Below are positions 14,587 to 26,392 of a stretch of 64,000 nt of DNA, piece after piece. The translations under genes and the position numbers were made by a program. The stretch comes from Octopus vulgaris (Eukaryota). Where the stretch lies: contig OX597830.1 in assembly GCA_951406725.2 (NCBI GenBank), positions 7,750,001 through 7,814,000 of the forward strand, given 5' to 3'. The notes beneath the pieces were generated by a model. It saw nothing but the letters and a program-made list of their open reading frames with translations. It was not told the origin of the DNA and did no database searches. Numbering within the stretch: the stretch's first letter is position 1; the number at the start of each line of letters is the position of its first letter.

Positions 14587-14849
14587 TACAAGTATATATA
14601 TATGTGTATGTGTGCGTGTGAATGTATGTATATAAGCAAACAGTCTCCACACAGATACACATGTTTGTAGGGATTATTTGTATTAATACATACATTTTAA
14701 ACGTACTTATATGTATAAAAATATACATATATATATTCATGTATATATATATACGCTTGCATAATTTAGATGTTGACTGAGATCTGCATTACTAAATGTT
14801 TCACTGACACAAAAGTATTATTTTAGCGCTTGCTTGGATATAATAACTC

Positions 14850-15250
14850 CTCTACGTCCACTGGCATGGAAACGCAGAATCAGTGAAGCGATTCTGTTTT
14901 TGCTGGGCACCAGTCCATAAGGTGACACTTCTGCTGTCTGATTATATTCCCAGGAGCTACACAGATAACATAACCAATGATTCCAAGAGATGGCTCACTC
15001 AGAATATGCACAACCTCAGCTTAATGGACGGAAAGATTTCACTTCACTGTTGCATTTTCTCTGGATACTTCGAAGCCAGCATAATGATTTGTCTAATACA
15101 ACCTGGAATATTCTCAACATGGCCTTACATTACTCACCCATAGCGCGCAACCTCTATCTTTATCATTTTGACAAATTGTACATTTATTACATCCCTTATA
15201 CACTTTAACCAGAAAACAGGAACATTCTTACAGCTGCCACCAAGAGAACT
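14850..15250 (+). mobile_element. Naiad-type PLE GIY-YIG endonuclease remnant (degenerate)
   Basis: RSYTDNITNDSKRW / KDFTSLLHFLWILR..TTWNILNMALHYSPIARNLYLYHFDKLYI aligns by eye with the better-preserved EN at 15531-15980. Confidence 0.6.
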
Positions 15251-15274
15251 CACTGTCAGATAATTTAATTCCAT

Positions 15275-15395
15275 AGGCTATAAGGCACGAAATTTGATCC
15301 CCAACCACATGGTGCCGGGTTCAGTTCCGTTGCATGGAAGTATCTTCTACAATTGCTTCGGTTCGACTAGAGCCTTGTGCGTGGGTTTGGTAGAC
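15275..15395 (+). mobile_element. SINE family A, 5' head fragment
   Basis: ccaaccacatggtgccgggttcagttcc ... gccttgtgcgtgggtttggtagac. Confidence 0.75.
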
Positions 15396-15440
15396 CCATG
15401 ACGTCAGTGCTGACTTTCGTCCAGCTTCCGGCCAGCAGTC

Positions 15441-16076
15441 ATGAAGTCCCTGATTCCACAATGTGTCCTGAACTGGATAATCGCTCAGGATTTTTGGCTT
15501 ACTCAAATTTTTAACTCTGCAGGAACAGCTGGCTGTTTCTGCAGAGTTAAAAAATTGTGCCTGCTAGATGGAGCTTGTATGACCGAGGCCATCATTTATG
15601 AAGCCACCGTAAACTCTACAACCACTAAGGACATAGTTTCGTCAAGGAAATATCTGGATCTCACAGAGGGAAATTTTAAAGCCAGGTTCAACAATCACTC
15701 CTCAAGATTCAAACTCTGGGATAAAAGGAAAATAACCATATTATCCAGTTATATATGGTCCTTAAAAGAAAAAGGTGTCAACTATAAGGTTCACTGGAGG
15801 ATCTTGGACAAGTGTAAGCCTTGCACCAACGACAGTGGAAAGTGCGGTCTTTGCGATATGGAAAGATGGCTCATCTGGAAAAGTTCTTTAGCCTCCGCTA
15901 CATGTTTAAATTCAAGAGCTGAAATTTTGGGGTCATGTCCACACATGGCAAAACATTTGCTACGTTCTTGGACGCCCCCAAAGATAGAAACTGCTTCAGT
16001 TCTATATTCAAGAGATGAGGAATTATGTACATTATTTACATTATTTACATTCGACGGCTATTTGTCCTCATCTTGA
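15441..16076 (+). CDS. Open frame encoding a Naiad-type Penelope-like GIY-YIG endonuclease domain (homology about 15531-15980; RT absent)
   Basis: CxC-x5-C-x5-C knuckle (GCFCRVKKLCLLDGAC), IIYEATV, KYLDLTEGNFKARFNNH, TILSSYIWSLK, VHWRILDK, CGLCDMER and LNSRAEILGSCPH are typical of this PLE clade's C-terminal EN. The ORF ends read into unrelated flanking sequence. Confidence 0.85.
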   Translation: MKSLIPQCVLNWIIAQDFWLTQIFNSAGTAGCFCRVKKLCLLDGACMTEAIIYEATVNSTTTKDIVSSRKYLDLTEGNFKARFNNHSSRFKLWDKRKITILSSYIWSLKEKGVNYKVHWRILDKCKPCTNDSGKCGLCDMERWLIWKSSLASATCLNSRAEILGSCPHMAKHLLRSWTPPKIETASVLYSRDEELCTLFTLFTFDGYLSSS

Positions 16077-16306
16077 TTTTTGTTAACACAACGTTTCAGC
16101 TGATATACTCTCCAGCTTTCATCAGGTGTCTTGGGGAAATTTCGAACCTAGGTTCTCATACCTAAGGCATTTTTCGATGTTGTTATTATTATTGTTGTTG
16201 GTGTTGTTGTTGTTCAAGTCACTGCTTGGAATCGAACTCGGAATCTTGGGGTTGGTAGCCATGCTCTTAACCAATACACCATATACCCGTAGGCATATGG
16301 CGTAGT
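16001..16306 (-). mobile_element. tRNA-headed SINE-like element carrying a hammerhead ribozyme
   Basis: Minus strand: A box TGGTGTATTGG (16281-16271), B box GAGTTCGATTCC (16239-16228), an (AAC/AAT)n spacer, then an HHR at 16129-16086. A short inverted copy of the head lies at 16292-16306. Confidence 0.75.
16086..16129 (-). ncRNA. Minimal type I hammerhead ribozyme motif
   Basis: ACAC-CUGAUGA-a-AGCUG(gagaguauau)CAGCU-GAAAC-GUU-GUGU: stem I ACAC/GUGU, stem II AGCUG/CAGCU and a loopless palindromic stem III (ACGU). Confidence 0.75.
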
Positions 16307-16394
16307 CCACTATATCCTATATCAGAAACACCTGTATGCTAATGAAATACATAACATAACCATTGTTTTTCCTGCGCCATCACTTTTCCTTATT

Positions 16395-16557
<163 letters not shown>

Positions 16558-16614
16558 ATATATATATATACATATATATACATGTCTGTGTGTGTGTGTG
16601 TATTCTTTTATTCT

Positions 16615-16830
16615 TTTGTTTTTTCTTTTATTTGCTTCAATCATTTGATTGCGACCAAGCTGGAGCACCACCTTTAGTCGAACAAATCGACCACAGGACT
16701 TAGTCTTTGTAAGCCTAGTACTTATTCTATCGGTCTTATTTGCCGAACCGCTAGTTACGGGGACGTAAACACACCAATAATGATTGTCAAGCGATGGTGG
16801 GGGGAACAAACACAGACCCACAAATATAGA
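16615..16830 (-). mobile_element. SINE family A, 3' half
   Basis: ctggagcaccacctttagtcgaacaaatcgac ... gtcaagcgatggtggggggaacaaacacaga. Confidence 0.85.
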
Positions 16831-16864
16831 CATATATATTACCTTTATATATTACTATTATTAC

Positions 16865-16927
<63 letters not shown>

Positions 16928-17130
16928 CATCATCATCATCATCATCATTATTATTAGGGAATTTTACTTCCGTGTACTCAGGAAAAAGACATTCAAATTA
17001 GATGTACAAAAATGACCATCTCTCAATGTTTAATTCGTATATACAAAAGTAGTTTTGGAATCAGAACCACCTTCGACTCAACCAACACCGAAAGATGATT
17101 GAGTTGAAGGTGGTTCTGTCTCTAAAACTA

Positions 17131-17166
<36 letters not shown>

Positions 17167-17287
17167 GTTTTCGTTTCTCTTTGTGTTCGACGTCCCTTTG
17201 GTGTCCTGTACTCATATATGCGTGTATATGTACATGTAGAGGTAGGTACGTACATATATGTTTATATATATGCATATGTTTTATTTC

Positions 17288-17335
<48 letters not shown>

Positions 17336-17792
17336 GACGAGCTTCTTTCAGTTTCCGTCTATATATAAGTAATTCAGAGGACAAACTTAGGTACGTTACT
17401 TATTACTCTTTCTTATATTAATTGTCCTTCTCTTATTTAGGGGTTCATCAAGTCTTCTGCCGTTTCTGTGATCCAGTTTTGGAAACGGTGCTACTACGGT
17501 GTCTCTCCTGACCTCACCAACTCGATGACCTTTCTACCGTTTCATTTCACATTCTTTTCTGTTAAGGTCACCAACTAAGGTCGAATCTCATATGACCTCA
17601 CTTCAACTTTACTCATATACACACACATACACACACACACGAAAGAGCATACGCGAATGCACATATATGCATACACACGTTTACACAAACTGTGTATATG
17701 TGTGTATACATATATATAAGTATACGCCACGCATTATACGAATGCACACACTTATATATATATAGATATATATATATATACATATATACATG

Positions 17793-17871
<79 letters not shown>

Positions 17872-17946
17872 GATATATAAATATACATACATATATGTGT
17901 GTGTGTGTGTGTTTCTACATGCACACACATCACATACGTTTATATT

Positions 17947-17977
<31 letters not shown>

Positions 17978-18274
17978 TGACATACATATTGACATGCATA
18001 TACAAATAGCTTTGCTAAAAATAGCAGTCAAAAATACTCCGAAGCCACAAGAAATAACACTAAATTTTTACACGCTTGGTTGGAAAAAACTAAGTGAATA
18101 AGGATTGTGTCTTGCCTCTGCAAAATTGCAAGAAGGAATTTCGGTTACCCTTGTATCATGATTTTGAATTTAGCTCCAAACGCACTTGATTCTCTTCAGC
18201 CAAGTCTACTCATAACAATACCTCTATTTCACTTCAACCAATACGTGTGTTCGTTTGAGAAACGGAATCTGCAT

Positions 18275-18335
<61 letters not shown>

Positions 18336-18417
18336 GGTCCCTGGTTGAGTCGGGGTTAACCACAGTAAATAAGGTACTCAATACATAGCAGAGTAAATTA
18401 ATTTATTTTATAGAAGG

Positions 18418-18468
18418 AGCTTCTACAGGACTAGAAGTGTTTCATTCAAAAGAAATCATCAGGAAGCT
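18418..18468 (-). ncRNA. Type I hammerhead ribozyme (minus-strand copy)
   Basis: AGCUUC-CUGAUGA-uUUC(uuuu)GAAu-GAA-ACA(cuucuagucc)UGU-A-GAAGCU; one substitution relative to the + strand copy. Confidence 0.75.
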
Positions 18469-18590
18469 AGGTGACAAGAATAGATTCCGTTTCTCAAACG
18501 AACACACGTATTGGTTGAAGTGAAATAGAGGTATTGTTATGAGTAGACTTGGCTGAAGAGAATCAAGTGCCAAAACTATTCTTGTCCCCT

Positions 18591-18641
18591 AGCTTCCTGA
18601 TGATTTCTTTTGAATGAAACAGTTCTAGTCCTGTAGAAGCT
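18591..18641 (+). ncRNA. Type I hammerhead ribozyme, complete
   Basis: Stem I AGCUUC/GAAGCU, CUGAUGA at 18597-18603, stem II UUC/GAA, GAAA, stem III ACAG(uucuaguc)CUGU, and a GUA cleavage triplet (predicted cut after 18635). Confidence 0.82.
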
Positions 18642-18660
18642 CTTTCCATAAAATAATAAA

Positions 18661-18831
<171 letters not shown>

Positions 18832-18841
18832 TAAAACAAGT

Positions 18842-19125
18842 GGAGGCGCAATGGCCCAGTGGTTAGGGAAGCAGACTCGCGGTCATAGGATCGCGGTTTC
18901 GATTCCTAGACCGGGCGTTGTGAGTGTTTATTGAGCGAAAACACCTAAAGCTCCACGGGCCGGCCTTGTAACTCTCTGTGTCTCGCTGAATATCCCCGAG
19001 AACTACGTTAAGGGTACACGTGTCTGTGGAGTGCTCAGCCACTTGCACGTTAATTTCACGAGCAGGCTGTTCCGTTGATTTGGATCAACCGGAACCCTCG
19101 TCGTCGTAACCGACGGACTTCCTCC
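18842..19125 (+). mobile_element. tRNA-derived SINE family C, with target-site duplication
   Basis: A box TGGCCCAGTGG and B-box-like GTTTCGATTCC; flanking direct repeat ATGAGTAAAACA at 18827-18838 and 19126-19137. Confidence 0.9.
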
Positions 19126-19334
19126 ATGAGTAAAACAGCTAGTTTTAAATCTCTGAATGAGGTCGATAACCAACTGGAAAACATGTTTTGCTGGAGTTAA
19201 AAGGTAGTAATATGGTCCTGCGCAGGACTGCCACCTTATGTTGGCAAATAGATTTTACTGTATGTATATATGTATATACATATATGTGTGCGTGTGTGTG
19301 TGTATACATATCTATATACATATATACATGTTTG

Positions 19335-19369
<35 letters not shown>

Positions 19370-19581
19370 TCTTCTATTGGTTTCAGTCATTTGACTGTGG
19401 CCACGCTGAAGCACTGCCTTTAGTCGAACAAATTGACTCCAGGTCTTATTCTTTATAAGTCTAGTACTCATTCTATCGGTCTCTTTTTCCGAACCGCTAA
19501 GTTACGGGTATGTAAACACACCAACATCGGTTGTGAAGTGATGATGGGGTGACAAACACAGACACACAAACATATACACAC

Positions 19582-19612
<31 letters not shown>

Positions 19613-19725
19613 CGACAAGCTTTTTTCAGTTTACCAAATCTACTCACAAGGCTTTGGACTTGCCCAAGGTGCTTCGCAATGGGATTGAACCCAGAACCAT
19701 GTGGCTGAGAAGGAAGCTACACACC
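19370..19725 (-). mobile_element. SINE family A copy with deletions
   Basis: Collinear with the 262-659 copy. Confidence 0.85.
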
Positions 19726-20019
19726 ATATATTGGGACTTTTGTGTTGAGTTATAATAGAAACGACATTACATTAAACTGAATGATTACTCTCATTATGAT
19801 TGTAGATTTTTTATTGTTTTGTTTAACAAGTAGTGTTGACTGTGACTTCGAAGTTTTGCCCCCTCTCAAAATTCTGGAACTTTGAATTTGCAGCGGACTG
19901 GTTTCCCATTCAGGAGATGTGTGTTATGATGTCAATCATAATATGCCATGCAAGCAGGGTAACCAACTTTCTGTGTCCCAGGTCTCGAGAAAAAAACAGA
20001 AGGAAAGAAAGATGTATCT

Positions 20020-20640
<621 letters not shown>

Positions 20641-20688
20641 GGTATGTATAAATCACTTTCTCTATTTCTCTCTCTTTCTCTCGCTCCC

Positions 20689-20750
<62 letters not shown>

Positions 20751-20770
20751 AGTCTATCTATATCGATCTA

Positions 20771-20849
<79 letters not shown>

Positions 20850-21510
20850 GACTCCGTCTGTCTCTATTTCTAGTCTCTACTTCATCTTATTTCCTCCTCA
20901 TTTACCCCTTTATTTGTCTCTACTCCTTTCCCCTTTAACCCCTCCCCACGGCGAAATCCCCACAGAAAAAATGACCACATTCGGAAATCTATATTTTAAT
21001 ATCATCTGCACAGCATTACAAACGACACGAACCCGTTTAATCTGCGTCCGCGTCTGCCGACGTCTGCCTCGGACCAACGTGTAACGACGACTTTTCTCAC
21101 GGACATTTGCCGAACAAGGGACGACGACGACGGGAAGTGCAAACTGGTGTCAAGTGTCATTGGGTTAACCGCGTCGTCTGGTGGCACACGTGCCATAACA
21201 AACGGGACCACACGTGTCCTGTTGTTGTTCCTTTTCTTTACCACAACCTTCTGTTCACATTAATCATGCCGAAAGATCGTTGAGTGATAGTCAGAACTTA
21301 ACACTCCTAATTTACATACTTATTTCAATTGTTGTTCATGTTGTTGGGGTGGTTGTTGTTACTATCGCTGCTACTGTTCTTCTTACTCCTACCGTTGTTA
21401 GGATCCTTCTCTTATACGTCTGTCCTTATTGTACGAGTTATTATTATTGTTGTTGCTCCTGCTATTTCTAGTTTTATCGTTGTTGTTATTGATGTTGCTG
21501 TTTTTGATAT

Positions 21511-21720
21511 ACTCTTTTACTTGTTTCAGTCATTTTGACTGCGGCCATGCTGGAGCACCGCCTTTAGTCGAGCAACTCGACCCCGGGACTTATTCTTTTG
21601 TAAGCCCAGAACTTATTATATCGTTCACTTTGGCCGAACCGCTAAGTGACGGGGACATAAACACACCAGCATCGGTTGTCATGCAATGCTAGGGAGACAA
21701 ACACAGACACACAAACACAC

Positions 21721-21778
<58 letters not shown>

Positions 21779-21941
21779 GACGGGCTTCTTTCAGTTTCTG
21801 TCTACCAAATCCACTCACAAGGCTTTGGCCGACCCGAGGCTATAGTAGTAGACACTTGCCCAAGGTGCCACGCAGTGGGACTGAACCCGGAACCATGTGG
21901 TTGGTAAACAAGCTAATTACCACACAGCCACTCCTGCGCCT
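21511..21941 (-). mobile_element. SINE family A, full-length young copy
   Basis: Intact A box TGGCTGTGTGG and B box GGTTCAGTCCC on the minus strand; near-identical to 262-659. Confidence 0.93.
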
Positions 21942-22096
21942 GTTATGCTTGTTATTTTAATACTTGCTGTTGCAGAGTTTAGTGACGCTGTTGCGTCTAT
22001 TGTTTTTCTTCTTCTTGGGCCACCCTTTGTCACTGCAACTGTGGCTGTTGTTACTATTGTTGTTGTTGTTGCTGCTGCTTCTGTTATTGGTGTTGC

Positions 22097-22127
<31 letters not shown>

Positions 22128-22264
22128 GGTGGTGATAATATTGTTGTTTATGTAGTAGCAGTTGCATTAATGTTACCAGAAGTGAGAAATATGGTAGATT
22201 AGCCTCTGTGGACTTCGTTGTTGTTCTTCATTTTTTATGGTTTACACATCATATGTATGTGGGT

Positions 22265-22357
<93 letters not shown>

Positions 22358-22359
<2 letters not shown>

Positions 22360-22468
22360 GGAGTAAACACATAAATGTGAAACAAGGTGGAAAAAAAAGT
22401 ACTCAAAAACGGCAACGGGAAACTCAGAGTAACAGGTTTTGTTGAATTTTCTGCTGCTTTAAATAAAG
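22358..22468. mobile_element. (AT)n-embedded mini-element of the 13098 family with an internal inversion
   Basis: 22358-22406 matches the 13100 head. 22407-22468 is the reverse complement of the about 13171-13231 segment and carries the HHR 3' half GAAACTCAGAGTA. Confidence 0.7.
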
Positions 22469-22565
22469 TATATATATATATATGCGTGTGTGTGTGTATA
22501 TATATATATACATACATATGTGTGTGTATATATGAATGCATACGTATATTTATATATGTATATAT

Positions 22566-22612
<47 letters not shown>

Positions 22613-22938
22613 CGTATGTATTTATATGTACATATATATATATATATTTATATACTGTATATATATATACATATATTTATATATATATATAGAGAGAGAG
22701 AGAGAGTTTGATAAATGTTTGTATTTTCCCTTGTTAACAATTAACACGGAAAAAACAGACAAGTAGTTACCAGGGTAGCAAAAGATCACACAGGTAAAAA
22801 GGTTGTAACTCCTTGTTCTTAAAGGTTGAAACTCCGGGTTTACGTGAAATATTATTCCTTTGGAATAATACCAGTGATATGTTCGAAACATGTGCCGGAA
22901 GTAACAGAATTTGAATAACCCCTGCGTTTAACTCCATT

Positions 22939-22972
<34 letters not shown>

Positions 22973-23123
22973 TGTATGTTTGTATAATGTATATATTATA
23001 TATGTGTATGTATGTAGTAAATGCAAAAAGAAAACGAAGAGCAAACACAAGAAAAAAGCAACAAAGTGAAAACATGCTACAGGCAAAGTATTAGCAGACG
23101 CTCAGGAAAGGAAAGAAAGATGG

Positions 23124-23156
23124 TTTAACGTTTCGAGCAAATCTCTTCTTCAGAAA
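23124..23156 (-). ncRNA. Minimal hammerhead ribozyme motif in a short repeat (about 23015-23270)
   Basis: UUU-CUGAAGA-a-GAG(auuug)CUC-GAAAC-GUU-AAA; the flanking gacgctcaggaaaggaaagaaaga is shared with the 43151 element. Confidence 0.65.
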
Positions 23157-23666
23157 CGGAAGACAAAATGAAGATGGAGGGGAAAAATCGCCAACGATTC
23201 ACATATGGTTACATTTTGAAATGACCGGAAGGGAATGGGTGAAGAAATAGTTCTTTCTAAGACAGGAGAGTGTAAGAGAAGAAGGTATGTGTGTGCATGT
23301 GTGGGTATGTAGGTGCGCGCAAGTCTGTGTGTGTATGTGTGTGTGCGTGTGTGTTTATGTTGTGTGTGTATGTTTTGTGTGTGACGTGTGCATGTGTCAG
23401 TGTGTGTGCACGTGCGTGTGTGCGTCTACCTATATGTGTGTACGAGTATGTGCGTGTGCGTGTGCGCGAGCGAGTGTGTGTGCGTGTATGTACCTGTGTA
23501 TATGTACGTGTATGCATACCCATATGTATATAAATGTATAGGTATAGATGTGCGCGCATATATAATTAAATATAATACATAAATGTGTTTTGTGCATAAA
23601 TACCAAAAATTTGCATGCCTGCACACACAAATGTATATATGTATATATATATATACCTCAACAAAC

Positions 23667-23743
<77 letters not shown>

Positions 23744-23757
23744 CATATATATACATA

Positions 23758-23901
23758 TATACGACGGGCTCCTTTCAGTTTCGGTCGGCCTGAGGCTATA
23801 GTAGAAGATACTTGCTCAAGGTGCCACGCAATGTGACTGAACCCGGAACCATGTGGTTGGTAAGCAAGCTACTTACTTATCACATTGCCACTTCTGTGCC
23901 T
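23758..23901 (-). mobile_element. SINE family A, head portion
   Basis: acgacgggctcctttcag ... actgaacccggaaccatgtggttggtaagcaagctac. Confidence 0.85.
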
Positions 23902-24984
23902 ATATGTATTTATGTACATACATACTCATACGCACATATATACATGATGACATATATATATATATATATATATATTCATCACTTTTATGGAGTGTTTGTA
24001 TGTGCGTTTGTATGCATTCAATTCTCTGCGCGGGCGTGTATGCGTGTGTGTGAGAGAGAAAGAGGGGGAGGGGGAGGGGGAGAGAGTAAGGGAGCGTGTG
24101 TGAGTGTGTGTCTCCTAAAACAAAAGCCTAACATTACACAGCTGAAGCAGCTGTAGATATCTTTTGATATCAAAGATATCCCATCATGCATGAATAATTG
24201 ATCACTTACTTCCGGACATTTTGACACAAGATCCTTTCTGTGGTGTGTGACTCCCATCCCCTTCCCTGTGTTGATAACTAGCGTAAAACTTTCACTCTTG
24301 GCGAACAATTAAACGCAACGTACGAACACTTTGAGCGTGTTGTGGTCCATGTAGATATTGGCGATATAGGGGTTTCGCTTGGTAGGCAGGGTATTGAGGT
24401 GAGGACATTAATTTGGATAATTAATTTTGATAATATTTTATGGAAGGTCACTGGAAAACTATAAATGATTCACTCAATTTCGCATATTTTACCCTTGATC
24501 AATTGAAGGCAAAAAATAAAATAAATTTATTAAACAAAGATAATAATAAATAAAATAAAATGAATTAATGAGTTAATATAAAGTATAAAATAATGAATGT
24601 AACCATTGATAGCAAGCGTCTCAGACTTGACACCAACAGAGGAGCGTCCACGTGGTCACTCAACAGGCTAGAAATAGCAGCCAAGTTTCCTTTAAAGCAC
24701 ACACTTCCTGCCAAACAGTGAAACTGGGTTCAATTTACATAGGTAAACAACAGGTTGGTCATTGAGGGAATGCCTTTGATCATTGATGGAATGCCCCAAC
24801 TGGAGTTATGCAGCACAAGCAGCAGCAGCGATAAATTCTTGAAACTTAAAATGAGTCTTATAATCCTTATACCGATCATCTGTCAATTTATCTCTCTGCA
24901 AACACGCCCGTATATGTATATATATATGTATGTATGTATGTTTGTATGTATGTATGTATGTATGTATGTATGTATGTATGTATG

Positions 24985-25016
<32 letters not shown>

Positions 25017-25104
25017 CATACATATATATCACGCGCATTTATATTTCTCCTCCTGCTCATATCACACTTTCTCTCCCTACCCCTCTTTCTCCCTCTCTCT
25101 ATTA

Positions 25105-25191
<87 letters not shown>

Positions 25192-25194
<3 letters not shown>

Positions 25195-25740
25195 CAGTAC
25201 CAGGCAATGGCTCTCATGGCTTCTGATCTTAACTGATTGGAAGTGTTATCATGTACATTGTTTTGTCTTGGTTTAAAAGATGGGCTACAGCAAATATTCT
25301 GCTCAATACCACAGATTTGCTTGTCAGTTGTTTGGCCTTAACCAGTTGAGCATGTCCCTTGGTGGCTGACTATATGTGCAACTCTGATTACGAGCAGAAT
25401 TAGTGGGGGGAGCATCATAGCCATGTGTTGAGAGGGACTCTTTGGAGTTTGAATAATTCACCTCTGGAAACATGGGTGTTTCGTTCAAAATCCTTAAACC
25501 TTATTCGAGAACCTTTTGAGCGGGATGGGCTACTCAACTCGAAGAAAATTCTAACTGGGTCCTACCTGCAAGATCATGCGCTGTTTATCTTGATATGAGA
25601 TCACCATGTTGCGCACATGTAGTTGTGATGCATGTTCCTAGTATACCCCTATCAGACGGATAGTCATGGTGGGTATATTAGCCTTCGTGTAATTGTACCC
25701 CAGTGTCATTTTCATGGCACGCACTGCTCTCCCACTCAAT
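25192..25740 (+). mobile_element. ~545-bp non-coding retroposon in AAT/AGT triplet repeats, copy 1
   Basis: Six related copies in the window; begins tgcagtaccaggca directly after (AAT)n and ends ctcaat followed by a triplet repeat. Confidence 0.85.
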
Positions 25741-25750
25741 AGTAGTAGTT

Positions 25751-25810
<60 letters not shown>

Positions 25811-26140
25811 ATAATAATACCCTGATGAGATTCTTACCCCAAATATTTCCATATGAATTCTTATGAATTTGTTGTTAGTTTTTTTGGGGGGAGGGGGGGC
25901 GTGCATAAAAGCAATTGTAGAGATTATATTTATTTTTACATTGTAATAATAATATAATATTATGTTAATAAATTAACATATGTCAATTTGAAGTCTGCAC
26001 TTTCCTTTTATTATTGTGTATATATACCCATTTATATTGGAGAAATTCTACTAAATATTGTATATTGGGTGTTGAACAGTTAACCAGTGAAAATTAAATG
26101 TTTTACATCCTTATAATAGGAGCTTGTTTCCTTGCATTGG

Positions 26141-26171
<31 letters not shown>

Positions 26172-26323
26172 TACAGAGAGAGAGAGAGGGGGATGGTGAG
26201 AGAGAGAGAGAGAGACAGACAGACATAGACAGAGATGCCTGCGTGTGTATGCGTCTATATACATATAGAAATGCATATATACACATAAACTCACACACAC
26301 ACGCACACACAATATACACACAC

Positions 26324-26392
<69 letters not shown>

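Noticed and set aside
15531-15980. Selenocysteine-encoding Naiad (reported for some members of the clade)
   Set aside because: All conserved Cys positions here are TGT or TGC with no in-frame TGA, and I see no SECIS.
18842-18915. tRNA gene
   Set aside because: The tRNA-like head continues into a multi-copy SINE body with a TSD, and the acceptor stem is not intact.
22833-22899. GAAACATGT plus a tattattcc/ggaataata hairpin (possible HHR relic)
   Set aside because: The CUGANGA box is not recognisable; at best a dead remnant.
25818-25850. ccCTGATGAgattc
   Set aside because: No stem II closure or GAAA downstream.
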